NCBI GenBank assembly: GCA_963555755.3 | Contig: OY820905.2 | Location: 3,168,001 to 3,232,000 of the forward strand | DNA: 64,000 nucleotides | Direction: 5' to 3' | Origin: Nitrospirales bacterium | Lineage (GTDB): Bacteria > Nitrospirota > Nitrospiria > Nitrospirales > UBA8639 | Shown: piece after piece, positions 51,581-63,260 of the stretch | How positions within the stretch are numbered: the first letter of the stretch is position 1 | How the letters are laid out: every line of letters starts with the position of its first letter | Made by a program: the position numbers and the translations under genes | Notes under the pieces: model-generated | The model's input: only the letters and a program-made list of their open reading frames with translations | What the model was told of the DNA's origin: nothing | Database searches by the model: none

Positions 51581-51925
51581 TCATACAGAAACGAGAGGGT
51601 CCTTGTGTGCTTTTCGACGTGAACGGTTGGGTATTTTTTCAAACTTCGGCTTCATCCGGAGACTCAGCTTCTCCAGCATCCTTACCATTTTATCGAGTGT
51701 GATCCCTTTGAAGTCCGCATTCCGAATACGAGAAAAGTCTCCGGCATCAAAACCAGTTTCCTTTTGAGCCTGTCTGACCGACCAACCGTTATCATCGAGC
51801 ACGCCGATGATTTCCGCCGCCAACTGGCATTTGAGATGACGCAACTCTCCATCGCCATGGCCAAAGTCATGAAAAATATTGCCACTGCCTCGTATGACTT
51901 CTAGCTTTTCTTCTTTCTGTTTCAT
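51581..51925 (-). CDS. XRE/HTH_37 antitoxin
   Basis: GSGNIFHDFG motif, HTH; ATGA overlap with the toxin. Confidence 0.85.
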   Translation of the reverse strand: MKQKEEKLEVIRGSGNIFHDFGHGDGELRHLKCQLAAEIIGVLDDNGWSVRQAQKETGFDAGDFSRIRNADFKGITLDKMVRMLEKLSLRMKPKFEKIPNRSRRKAHKDPLVSV

Positions 51926-52260
51926 TTCAACATCTCCGTTAATCGTTTCAGGCGTTCCTTCACGAGATCGATGTCCTGCTTTGGTGTTTTGATGCCGGTT
52001 TTCGATTTCTTTTGAAAGGCATGAAGCACCCAAATATCCTCATCGAGTTGCACAGCATAAATCGCCCGGTATGCGTTTGTTTGGTAAGGTAGGGCAATTT
52101 CAAAGATGCCTGACCCGAACCCTTTCAACGGTTTCGCAATATCCGCTTTCCTCCCGAATGCGGCAATGTCCAGAGCATTCTTCATTTGATCCTGAACAGT
52201 AATCGGGAACTTCTTAAAGTCCTTTTCAGCCACTCGAATCCATGAAATGCGTCTCGTCAT
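51922..52260 (-). CDS. RelE/ParE (Gp49-like) toxin
   Basis: AKPLKGFGSGIFEI, AYRAIY, VLHAFQKKSKTGIKTP. Confidence 0.9.
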   Translation of the reverse strand: MTRRISWIRVAEKDFKKFPITVQDQMKNALDIAAFGRKADIAKPLKGFGSGIFEIALPYQTNAYRAIYAVQLDEDIWVLHAFQKKSKTGIKTPKQDIDLVKERLKRLTEMLK

Positions 52261-52272
52261 AAACTTCCTTAT

Positions 52273-52301
52273 ATGTTGGTGGATTTACCAACATTTGTCA
52301 A
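52273..52301 (-). promoter_or_regulatory. TA promoter -35 box and palindromic operator
   Basis: TTGACA followed by ATGTTGGT-N6-ACCAACAT upstream of the toxin. Confidence 0.6.
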
Positions 52302-52785
52302 CTAAATAATTTTCTTACCTTTGCAGGTGATGGAGAGATATAAGAGATCCGGAGTCTTAGAGATCTGTATTTTTAATGGGAGAGGTGAGGTGTTGTCCAA
52401 GCTTCAACTAAGGATGGGATTTACTCACAGCGGTTGCCCCGTTTACCCTTATTGGGGTTTCTGACAATCATTTTTTCCCAAACCTCGTCGCTAGAGGATA
52501 AGCACGGGGGTCGAGGTAACTACCTAAGATTAAGGGGGCTTGGGACATTAGCATTGGTAAAACATATAGCTGATCGGTCTTGGATCTCCATCCTTCGTAA
52601 GGAGGGGCGAGGGGCAGGTAGCATCTCCACAGCACTCAATTGCTGATACCTTCATGGCTGCACGATAGCCCCAGGACTCTACCTCACCTCGCCTCTCCTT
52701 ACAAAGGAGAGGAATTAGAAGTAGATTCATTTCGAAAAAGGATCCGGAGACTGGAGGTTACCCACGGAAAACACGGAAGCACCGT

Positions 52786-52975
52786 TTATTTAAGTACCTG
52801 CGGGGGTAACCATCCTTCTTTGCCATAGCGTTTTGCGGCTTTGTTGGCGAGCTCCTTGGCCATTTTTCTTTACGTTGGCTTCGAGGCTGGCAGAAAAGGG
52901 AAGCGAATCGGAAGTTTTCGAGGCAATCCCTAATCCACCGCTTACACCGGCAGATACGGCAATGTTTCCGCCATT
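52786..52975 (-). pseudogene. Degenerate 3' fragment of the DUF4410 lipoprotein gene
   Basis: Reverse complement matches ~33550-33733 with frameshifts. Confidence 0.8.
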
Positions 52976-53274
52976 CTCGTTGCAAATGTGTTATTTGTCA
53001 CTTAGTTGATAGACAAGTTCTAAACCTGTCTCTCATAATCCAATACCGAAATAATCTGGCTCTAAGGTTTCGAACATCAATATGTTTTAAGGGAATGTTG
53101 AAAAAACCGCTAGCCTTCGCCAAGTCGCCGACGCGCCATAGCTGCTTTGGCGACGGCGCGGCTACGGCAGACAAGCCAGCGGCGTTCTCGCCCTTTTGCC
53201 GTGCTCACGTACCAAGAGTACGCTCCGCGCGTCAAAATGGCTGCGGCCTTGCTGGATAGACCCTTCGGAAAGAC

Positions 53275-54492
<1,218 letters not shown>

Positions 54493-54514
54493 GGCATGCT
54501 TTTTCAACAGGCCC

Positions 54515-55858
54515 CCAAAGTATCTTGGCTGGATCCTCTGTTTTGGGGTGGGGCTCTCCCTGTTGGCTCCGATTCCAGCTCGCGCGGGCCATATAGAGAA
54601 TGCGCTCAACGAGTGGCGCATTCTCCGCCCGAACCTCGATGGCAGGGGCATCACACTTGATACCACAAACACCACCCATATCGGGTCTGCCGTCAACCGC
54701 AAGGGGGGGGCCAAGGCTTTGGTTATAGGGGATATAGATCTCCTGCTCACCCTTGATGCTGAAAAGCTGGTGGAGTGGAGAGACGCGACCTTTTATCTCT
54801 ATGGTCTCGGCTTGTACGGTGGCAATATCGCTGAGGGGCGAGATGCCCAGGGCGTCAGTAACATTTCAGCGAGAAATACGTGGAAGCTTTTTGAGGGATG
54901 GTATCAGCAGAACTTGTTTCAGGAACGCCTCTCCTTATTGGCCGGGCTTTACGACGTGACGTCGGAATTCGACGTGATCCGTACGTCCTCTGAGCTGTTC
55001 GTTCATAGTAGCTTCGGCACGAATCCCACGTTTGGGCTCAGCGGAAAAAATGGCCCTTCCACGTTTCCCACCACCTCGTTGGCCTTTCGGGGGCAGGTCA
55101 AACTGACCGAGAGCTTGACCTTCCGGGCCGCGGTTGCTGATGGAGTGCCTGGGAATCCCGACGACCCCGGAGGCACTCAAGTCATTCTTCGCAATGAGGA
55201 TGGAATCTTGGCAACGACTGAGGTGGCGTACTATGTGGGCAAACCGGACTTTCGTAAGAAGGTTCGAAGGGGCACTGCGACTGAACGACCACGCCGTTTA
55301 GTGTTCCGCCGGCTTGGGAGGGGCGCGGAGTTGCAGTACGATGCCAAAATGGCCCTGGGAGGGTGGCTCTACACAACTGAATTTGATGATTTGAGTGACC
55401 TCGATGGCGCTGGGAATCCTGTGAAGCGAGACGGGACATTCGGGGTATACGGCTTGGTGGAGAAGCGTCTCTACGGGGAGCCAGGCGCTCGCGACCAGGG
55501 GCTCTGGGCATTTGGGGAAGTTGCCTTCGCCGATCCGAAGGTGAACCGTTTCTCTCACTATATCGGCGGAGGCCTGGTCTATACAGGTTTGATCTCTGGT
55601 CGGGACAGGGACGAGACTGCCTTCGGCTTTGCCATTGCCCGCAATGGTAGTCACTACAAGGATGGGCAACGCCGCGATGGCAAAGGTGTGAACGACCAGG
55701 AGGTGGCGCTGGAATGGACCCATGCCATACATTATTCACCTGAAATCACCATCCAGCCTGATGTGCAATACATCATTAATCCTAATACCGATCCCCCCCG
55801 CAGCAATGCCTTGGTCTTGCTCATGCGGCTGGAACTTACGCTGAATTGGTTTGAGTGA
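54515..55858 (+). CDS. OprB-family carbohydrate-selective porin; native start unclear
   Basis: Signal peptide ending ARA, QGVSNI, GWYQQ, IQPDVQYIINP. Confidence 0.8.
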   Translation, partial: PKYLGWILCFGVGLSLLAPIPARAGHIENALNEWRILRPNLDGRGITLDTTNTTHIGSAVNRKGGAKALVIGDIDLLLTLDAEKLVEWRDATFYLYGLGLYGGNIAEGRDAQGVSNISARNTWKLFEGWYQQNLFQERLSLLAGLYDVTSEFDVIRTSSELFVHSSFGTNPTFGLSGKNGPSTFPTTSLAFRGQVKLTESLTFRAAVADGVPGNPDDPGGTQVILRNEDGILATTEVAYYVGKPDFRKKVRRGTATERPRRLVFRRLGRGAELQYDAKMALGGWLYTTEFDDLSDLDGAGNPVKRDGTFGVYGLVEKRLYGEPGARDQGLWAFGEVAFADPKVNRFSHYIGGGLVYTGLISGRDRDETAFGFAIARNGSHYKDGQRRDGKGVNDQEVALEWTHAIHYSPEITIQPDVQYIINPNTDPPRSNALVLLMRLELTLNWFE

Positions 55859-56705
55859 GCCGATGTTGAGGTCCAGCTCTGATACTTCTTTGTGGGCATT
55901 CCTGGCACCTTGGTTGTGTTGTTTCTTGATAACCTCCCCAGTTGTTTTCGCCAAGGCCGATGAGATAACAGAACTGGCAAAACAGGTTCAAAATCCCGTC
56001 TCGGATCTAGTGAGAGTAGGGTTTGTAAATAGCACCTTGGGGGGTGCTGGGCAGAACAACTTTACCTCGAACCTATTCGTTCTGCAGGCAGATACCACAA
56101 AAAGATTTGGTAATTGGGCCCTGTTGAACCGGCTCAACATTCCTCTCCTCTATATACCGGCCAGTGGCATTTCACAAGAATCGGGAAGTAGTTTTGGATT
56201 GGGAGACATCGTATATACCGCCTTCTTTGCTCGGGATGAATCAAAGAGATTGCTAAAAGCCATAGCTGGTATCGGTCCCACTTTCGTTTTCAATTCCGCG
56301 TCGGAAGATCGACTCGGTACCGGGAAATGGAGCGTTGGGCCGACTGCGGCCTTAGCCCGGGTGCTGGATGATTGGGTATACGGCGTAACTGTCGGCAACC
56401 TCTGGTCTTTCGCAGGAGATGCTCAGCGCCGCCGGGTCAATCTATTCACGCTTGCACCCTTTATCAACTACAACTTTTTGAATGGCTGGTATCTTACGTC
56501 GACACCTAAGATTGTTGCCGACTGGGAACTTGCCAGTCATAACCGCTGGCTCGTTCCGATTGGAGGAGGAGTTGGTGCTGTGCTATTCCGTGGAGAAAAA
56601 CGTCCTATAAACTTGCAGATTCAAGCTTTCTATTTCATTAAAAAACCAGATCTCGGCCCTGATTGGTCCGTGAATCTAAAAGTGCGAATATTATTTCCTC
56701 AGTAA
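55851..56705 (+). CDS. Putative outer membrane beta-barrel ('neuromedin U'-annotated type)
   Basis: LAKQVQNPVSDL, FGLGDI, LGTGKWSVGP, VPIGGG, terminal LFP. Confidence 0.7.
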   Translation: MSEPMLRSSSDTSLWAFLAPWLCCFLITSPVVFAKADEITELAKQVQNPVSDLVRVGFVNSTLGGAGQNNFTSNLFVLQADTTKRFGNWALLNRLNIPLLYIPASGISQESGSSFGLGDIVYTAFFARDESKRLLKAIAGIGPTFVFNSASEDRLGTGKWSVGPTAALARVLDDWVYGVTVGNLWSFAGDAQRRRVNLFTLAPFINYNFLNGWYLTSTPKIVADWELASHNRWLVPIGGGVGAVLFRGEKRPINLQIQAFYFIKKPDLGPDWSVNLKVRILFPQ

Positions 56706-56710
56706 TTGAA

Positions 56711-56851
56711 GGGCACCTCTAAAAACCAGGCATTTTTTATGAGGGCAAGGAAGCCGCGCGCGGAAAACCGGAGTGTATGGGCGAATACATGTGGATTTGA
56801 GCACGCGACTGATGCCGCCATCACGGAAAAGGACGGTTTTTAGAGGTGCCC
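56711..56851. mobile_element. 141-bp IS5-like MITE, intact copy
   Basis: TIR GGGCACCTCTAAAAACC; TSD TGAA. Confidence 0.85.
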
Positions 56852-56852
56852 T

Positions 56853-57146
56853 GAAGACAGAAAGATTGGAGAGGATAAAAGTTTCATTGTCTGGCGCTGG
56901 GCAATACATTGGGATTAGCCAATTGTAGACGACGTAACACTCTTTCACAGGAACCAAGGATTCCCATCAGTGGAAAATAGGAGTGATTTCTCTATCAATT
57001 CCATTCAAGGATTCCGGTTTGGGCTTTGGAAAGGCTTAAACCTCTCGATCCAAATAAATGATAAATACGGTAATACTCCACCTGCAGGGACTGGCTCCTC
57101 AGATATCAAGGGCCTAGTTGCCATCGGCTACGCTTACGAAAATTGA
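56853..57146 (+). pseudogene. 3' fragment of a DUF481 barrel gene (paralog of 34850-35905)
   Basis: EDRKIGED..WRW..*PIVDDV..LWKGLN..KGLVAIGYAYEN* with an internal stop and a frameshift. Confidence 0.8.
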
Positions 57147-57194
57147 AGACTTCCCACCTTTTCAAATTGGCCTACCAATTAGCGTAGACTCAGG

Positions 57195-57251
57195 GCCGGC
57201 ATTTTCAAACCTGCTGACCTCCACAGTTTACGGCATTCGTTCGCGACTCAC
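57195..57251 (+). pseudogene. Tyrosine recombinase box II remnant
   Basis: Translates AGIFKPADLHSLRHSFATH. Confidence 0.65.
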
Positions 57252-57279
57252 CCGCTTTATCTTCCATAACCCATAAGGC

Positions 57280-59182
57280 CAGGGCCATTTCATTCTTTTT
57301 ATAAGCAAGTGGTTCCATTAGGTTTTTTTGCTCTCTTTTTCAGGGCAAGGCCATACGGATGGCTACATGCGGCTTGGCCCAGAGCCATCTAAACGCCTGC
57401 GCGATATTGGTGTTGCCTTTCACGCGTAAGAGACTGATGGCATAGCGTCTCAGACAGGTCATGACCATCGGGCCATTGAGCCGTCTGATCTGACTCCGGT
57501 CTTCATCAAAGGTGACATCCAACACATAATGCTGCTTATTCTCCACACTCCAATGGTTCCGGTTTTGCGAGAGGATTTTCTGCGGCGATGCCTTCGCTGG
57601 TGACTGACTCGTGACTCCGCATACGGTATCTACCGTCGTGATGCCCTTCTTGAGATGCGCGACTTCCCTCTCAATGCAGAAGACTTGCTGCACATGGGGA
57701 AAGGTGACAGAGGCATTCAAGGAGTCGTCACACCAGATCCTACGGGTCGTGATCCGCCCATGGCCTTTATCGGTTGTTTCAGTATCACACCGTCGTACTC
57801 GCAACGCCAAGGCCTCAATGTCGCGTTTCAAGGTCGGCTGGTTCCCCTTGACGGTGAAGACGAAGTCGGCCCCGCGTTCTTGCACAAGGTAATTTGCGAT
57901 CTCTTTCTGGGTGAGGAGCGCATCCGCCGTGATGACCTTCCCTTCGATCTCCAGCTCATCGAATAAGGGACGCACGCAGGGGATCTCATTGGTCTTGGTG
58001 TCGACTTTTTTGGGGTGAGGTGGCGCCCCTCGTCATGGGTGACGGCACTGAGGACATGGGTCTGTTCGCTCGGGACCTTCGAAGTCCCCCGCATGGTCTT
58101 GCCATCAATGGCGATGCCCTGATCCTCCCCGCCGAAGGTATCCAGCCACCGGCCGAGCAGGGTATCGACTTCACAGGGGTCGACGGCATTGATAAACCGG
58201 TAGAGAGTGCTGCGGCTTGGGACGAGGTAGCGCCCTCCTCGCTTGGGACAGCCCAGCCGCGTTCTCATCGTCTGGGATAAATGCTGGGCCCAGTCCGCTA
58301 TGGCTTCATACCCACGTGCTCCACACAAGGTGGCACAGAACATGATCGCGGTGAGAGCTCGTCGGGGATGCCGTTGCCCTTGCAACTTGCGTGGATCGGT
58401 CAGCTGCACCACATAGGTAAACAGGGAGTCCGTCTGCTTGGTATTCAATCGCATCTGAGGCACCTTTCCTTTCTGATAGGTCGGATCAAGCATCGGGCGT
58501 GCAAGAATCTCTCGGGCTTGGGGATGGAGGCTCTTGACCAGGATGCGTTTCGGGCGGTCATGCTGAACATACCGCGTATTGGACTTGCGAAACCCGCGTG
58601 TCAGCCCGAGCTCCTGCCACCCGGCGGCTCGATAGCAGGTCCCGGTGAAGCGGGCAGGATCGACGAAGGTCTCTAAGAGGAGCAAGGGGTAGCCGTGGCA
58701 CAGGTGCCAATCGGCCGCGATCCGTTTCGCGCAGAGCGACAGGACTTTCGAGGCGAGGTTTTGTTGCGAACAGTCCGGCAGGATGAGAAACCGGGTGTTG
58801 TTGGCAAGTAAATGGAGGCGTTGCCATTGGAAACAGGGGGGCCAGCCGATCCAGTGGTCTCGCGCTCTCGATTTGAGGGCCGCCACCGCAAACACCCGCA
58901 AGGCCAGCCAGCGATCCTGCACACAGGCGAGATATTGGATCGATGGGCCAATCAACGGGGCAGGCCCGAGGTAGTGATGTCGGGCGAGAAGGGTCGTGAA
59001 GGCTTCCTTCTCGTCCGGGACAATCGGTCGAACTACGACTTGCCCAAGATCGATGGCCGGATGTCCGCTTGGCGATTCGTCTGGCATGAAAAAGAGTATG
59101 CCCCAAACGAAAAGAAAAAGCCAGCCTAAATCGATTATCCCTTATTATCTATGAAGTTGCACTTTAAAATGAAATAGTCCTG
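57280..59182 (-). mobile_element. ISAs1-family insertion sequence
   Basis: TIR CAGG(G/A)C(C/T)ATTTCATT; 10-bp TSD CCCATAAGG(C/G). Confidence 0.88.
57340..59087 (-). CDS. DUF4338-fused ISAs1 transposase requiring a -1 frameshift
   Basis: HHYLG, NNTRFLIL and LETFVD..GTCYRAAGW (DUF4338); TDPR and IAIDGKT; after A_AAA_AAG the -1 frame gives KTNEIP, ITADA, VKGNQ and HWSVEN. Confidence 0.85.
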
Positions 59183-59773
59183 CCCATAAGGGTCCCACAT
59201 CACCAGGATCTTCCCCATCTAAGCAGGCTGCCCCAATCCACGCAGACGGCCTGATTTCCTCCCGTGAGCCGATGTATTTCGGTTCGGCCCCTGAGCCGAC
59301 AGTCCTCCAACATACCTAAAACGCGATGTCGTGAAGTCCCGCTTAGCCTCAGATCTTATTCATGCGATGCATGAGGCCCTATCCAATCGCTCCTTTGTCT
59401 CGTCCTTTCAGTCAACTGAAAGGAAAGGGTCAGTGCATACTTCCCCTTTAAGTCCCCCCTTCAATCTCTTGACCGTTTTTCTCACCTTGGCCACGATTGG
59501 ACCTAACCAGGTGTACAGGTCTAACCTGTCAGTTTTACCAGTTATGCCGGTAGCCAGTTTCAGAGTATAAACATATCTTTATCATCGGGTACTTATGACA
59601 TTTCAGATGAGGTCCCCCTTTGGAAAATCCCCCCACCCCCCCTTTGTCAAAGGGGGGCAAGGGGGGATTTTCTGGCCGTTGGGGCACCGAGCAACAACCT
59701 GCCTGTGTGAAGCCGCTCCAGCGAAGGCAGGGAATCCCGCTGGCAATCCCTTCGGCGATACTGGAGGTATCCC

Positions 59774-60409
59774 ATGTTTTCAAAGAAACTCTTCCTTATC
59801 TTAATATTAATCATATTAACTATGACCCTGACCGCTTGCTCCTCCACGACCATGAAATCGACATGGAAGGATCCCGATTCTCAACCTCTTCATTTCCAAA
59901 AAGGGGACACCGTGATTGCACTGGTAATGAGCCCCAATGAAGGTGTACGACGCCACGCCGAATTCGCTCTCGCCAAGGAATTAACCAGTCGTGGAATCAT
60001 CAAGGGTGTTCCCGCGTACACGATTATTCCCACCGAAGATCTTCGAAACGAAACACAAGCTAAAGCCCATATTGAGGAATCCGGTGCATCCGGTGTGGTG
60101 GTCATGCGGGTAGTAGAGAAGTCCCAAAAGGTGACAGCCACACAACCGGTCTACACCGGTCCTCGATATCGTTCTTTCTACGGAGGGTATTATGGAGCAG
60201 GGTGGGGTGCTGCATACAGTCCAGGATATCTACGAAAGGATACCATCTATTCCATTGAGACTCTGGTCTATGATCTCAAACAGGGAAAGCTTGTGTGGGC
60301 CGGACAAAGTGATACCTACAATCCTTCCAAAGTCGAAACGGTGATCAAGGAAATTATCGACGAAGTGGTGAAAGAAATGGTCAAGCAAGGGCTGATCAAT
60401 AAACCCTAA
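59774..60409 (+). CDS. Lipoprotein (DUF4136-like)
   Basis: RBS GGAGG, lipobox LTAC, IETLVYDL..LVWAG. Confidence 0.75.
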   Translation: MFSKKLFLILILIILTMTLTACSSTTMKSTWKDPDSQPLHFQKGDTVIALVMSPNEGVRRHAEFALAKELTSRGIIKGVPAYTIIPTEDLRNETQAKAHIEESGASGVVVMRVVEKSQKVTATQPVYTGPRYRSFYGGYYGAGWGAAYSPGYLRKDTIYSIETLVYDLKQGKLVWAGQSDTYNPSKVETVIKEIIDEVVKEMVKQGLINKP

Positions 60410-60461
60410 CGTGTTCCTATTGGGTTTTTGAGGATTATTGAGTCATTGACTTGAAAGGGAA

Positions 60462-61307
60462 ATGATAATGCTGGTGTCTGTAAAAAGATTATTTCCGTGG
60501 ATCGGGATACTCGGCCTGTTGCTGGCCAGTAACCCTATTGCCCAAGCTGCTGATGAAGATCAACTGCGCAAAGCCGCGCAGAACCCTATCGCCGATCTTA
60601 TCAGCCTGCCCTTTCAAAACAATACCTTCTTTGGGATTGGGCCAAACGACGATACGGTCAATGTCCTCAATATCCAACCCGTCATTCCATTCCATCTTAA
60701 CTCAGAGTGGAACCTGGTTACCCGTACAATCGTTCCTCTCCTGTATGTGCCTGATCTTGTGAGCGGGTTGCCAGAGCTGCCGGCCGGCATCACCGGGGGT
60801 GATACATTCGGGCTGGGAGATATCAACACCACCCTGTTCTTTTCTCCGGCAAAACCAGGCATGGCGATCTGGGGTGTGGGGCCTTCACTGACCTTGCCCA
60901 CGGCCACGGACGAATTGCTGGGGACACGCAAGTGGAGTGCTGGTCCGTCAGGGGTCATCCTGTTCATGTCCAAACCCTGGGTGTACGGAGCGCTTGCACG
61001 GCAACTGGTGTCGTTTGCTGGGAATGACGATCGCAAGGATGTGAGCCAACTTCTGGTGCAACCCTTTGTCAACTATAATCTCCCGGGCGGTTGGTATCTG
61101 GTCAGCTCCCCGGTCATTACCGCCAATTGGGAAGCAGCCGGGGGGCAAAAATGGAACGTGCCCATTGGTGGCGGGTTCGGCCGCCTCATGAGAATCGGCA
61201 AACTTCCTGTCAACACCTCAGCCCAGGCGTTCTACCATGTGGAACACCCGACGAATGGCGCTGATTGGGCGTTTCGTTTCCAGGTTCAATTTTTGTTTCC
61301 CAAATAA
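60462..61307 (+). CDS. Putative outer membrane beta-barrel ('neuromedin U'-annotated type)
   Basis: AQNPIADLISLPFQNN, LNIQPVIP, FGLGDI, terminal FLFPK; paralog of 55851. Confidence 0.75.
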   Translation: MIMLVSVKRLFPWIGILGLLLASNPIAQAADEDQLRKAAQNPIADLISLPFQNNTFFGIGPNDDTVNVLNIQPVIPFHLNSEWNLVTRTIVPLLYVPDLVSGLPELPAGITGGDTFGLGDINTTLFFSPAKPGMAIWGVGPSLTLPTATDELLGTRKWSAGPSGVILFMSKPWVYGALARQLVSFAGNDDRKDVSQLLVQPFVNYNLPGGWYLVSSPVITANWEAAGGQKWNVPIGGGFGRLMRIGKLPVNTSAQAFYHVEHPTNGADWAFRFQVQFLFPK

Positions 61308-61497
61308 AATAAAGGAGCAGATCCGACATGACATCGTTTCACGCCACAGACACGTCTGACCCACATACAAATAACCAAATATCGAAAGGAAAATCCCCCC
61401 AACCCCCCTTTTTCAAAGGGGGAGATGAGAGGGAAGTTTCACAACAAGCCCCTATACGATTACGCGAAAATCCTTATATCTCAACTAAGGAAAAGAA

Positions 61498-63186
61498 ATG
61501 ATGAGAAGACGAACAGGTATTCTGGTGGCACCTCTTTTGTCGTTGTCCCTTTTCCTTGTGATCTCCGGGACATCATGGGGGGAAGGAAACGACGCCGCAC
61601 AACCTAAACTCGTTCTGCAAATCACGGTTGATCAGTTTCGAGGGGATTTACCAACGAGGCATGTGGATCGTCTCGGCAAAGGAGGTCTTCGGTATCTTTT
61701 AGAAAAAGGCACTCATTATGCGAACGCGCATTATCGGCATGCCAATACGGAAACGGCCGTGGGTCATGCCACACTTTTTACCGGAGCTGACCCTTCAAGA
61801 CATGGATTAGTCGGCAATGCGTGGATTGATCCGTTGACCGGCGAATCTGTGTATAACACGGAAGATGCCCGCCATCATCTCATCGGGAAAGATCCAAAAC
61901 CGCACGAGGGTGTCTCCCCGCGCAATCTCCTGGCCAGTACGATTGGTGATGAGCTGGTGGTCTCCAATGCCGGTCAATCGCGCGTGTTCAGTGTCTCGAT
62001 CAAAGATCGGGGTGCCATCATTCCTGGTGGGCATGCGGGTAAAGCCTTTTGGTATTCCAAACGCACAGGAGAATTTGTCACCAGTACGTATTATTACGAT
62101 GCGTATCCCCAATGGGTGAAGCAATGGAATCAAGCAAAGCCGGCGGATCGCTATAGAGGAAAGACATGGGAGTTGCTCCATGACCGCTCCACCTACGTGG
62201 CAGGAAAAATGGATGATCGTCCGTATGAAGCGAACTTCCCACCGTTGGGGAGAACCTTCCCTCATCAATTCGGGGACAACAAATACCTCTACTTGATTCT
62301 TTCATTGACTCCGGTTGGTGATGAATTGACGCTCGATTTTACCAAGACCCTTATTGAACATGAAAACCTCGGTCAAGGCGATCATGTTGATTTCCTGGCG
62401 GTCAGTTTTTCTTCGACCGATTATATCGGTCACATGTTCGGCCCATCGAGTCTTGAGAGTGAAGACAATGTTTTACGGCTTGACCGCATCTTAGCGGAGC
62501 TATTTGACTTTGTTGATAAAAAAGTTGGTTTGCAAAACACCCTTATTGTCCTCTCGGCCGATCACGGGGCACCGGAAGCGCCGGAATATATGACGAGTCT
62601 CGGGATGGAGGCCGGACGCTTCGACCTTACGTATTTCAGGGAGCAAGGGCCGTTAAACAAAGTATTAAAAACGCGTTTTGGGCGTGATGATTTGATTGCC
62701 ACGCATAGCCATCCGTATCTCTATCTGAATGTGGACGCTATTACTGAAGCGAAACTTGATATCGAAGAGGTAGAAAAATTTATCGCAGAGGAAGTCATGA
62801 AAATCCCGGGGATTGCGTACGCGCAGACACGGAGCGACCTGCTCGCGGGACGGATAGCGAATTCTCCTTTGCAAATCCAGATTCGACGCAACTTTCATCC
62901 CACGCGTTCCGGGCATATCCACATGATTCAGGAGCAATATTGGTTTTTACATTCCACGGATGAGGCGGCAAAGATGGGGATTGGAACGATTGCGGTAATC
63001 CACGGATCGCCATGGGCGTATGATACCTATGTCCCGATATTTTTTGCCGGCCACCATGTGCCTGCCCAAACGATTACCCGGCGAGTGGCACCCAGCGATA
63101 TTGCTCCCACGCTTGCAGCATATTTGAACATTAAATTTCCATCCGGATCCATCGGGAACCCGCTAAAAGAAATTTTAGAAAAATGA
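61498..63186 (+). CDS. Alkaline phosphatase family protein (PafA/PhoK-like)
   Basis: ITVDQFR, TETAVGHATL (Thr nucleophile), SIKDR, DYIGH, SADHG, HGSPW. Confidence 0.88.
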   Translation: MMRRRTGILVAPLLSLSLFLVISGTSWGEGNDAAQPKLVLQITVDQFRGDLPTRHVDRLGKGGLRYLLEKGTHYANAHYRHANTETAVGHATLFTGADPSRHGLVGNAWIDPLTGESVYNTEDARHHLIGKDPKPHEGVSPRNLLASTIGDELVVSNAGQSRVFSVSIKDRGAIIPGGHAGKAFWYSKRTGEFVTSTYYYDAYPQWVKQWNQAKPADRYRGKTWELLHDRSTYVAGKMDDRPYEANFPPLGRTFPHQFGDNKYLYLILSLTPVGDELTLDFTKTLIEHENLGQGDHVDFLAVSFSSTDYIGHMFGPSSLESEDNVLRLDRILAELFDFVDKKVGLQNTLIVLSADHGAPEAPEYMTSLGMEAGRFDLTYFREQGPLNKVLKTRFGRDDLIATHSHPYLYLNVDAITEAKLDIEEVEKFIAEEVMKIPGIAYAQTRSDLLAGRIANSPLQIQIRRNFHPTRSGHIHMIQEQYWFLHSTDEAAKMGIGTIAVIHGSPWAYDTYVPIFFAGHHVPAQTITRRVAPSDIAPTLAAYLNIKFPSGSIGNPLKEILEK

Positions 63187-63260
63187 TAAGTGAAAAATGA
63201 TAAGTGAAAAATGAACAAAAGAGAGCCCATTTTTCACTTTTCATTGTTCATTTTTCACTT
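63182..63260. terminator. Inverted short tandem repeats between convergent genes, possible terminator
   Basis: (AATGATAAGTGAAA)x2 facing TTTTCACTT/TTCATT repeats. Confidence 0.45.
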
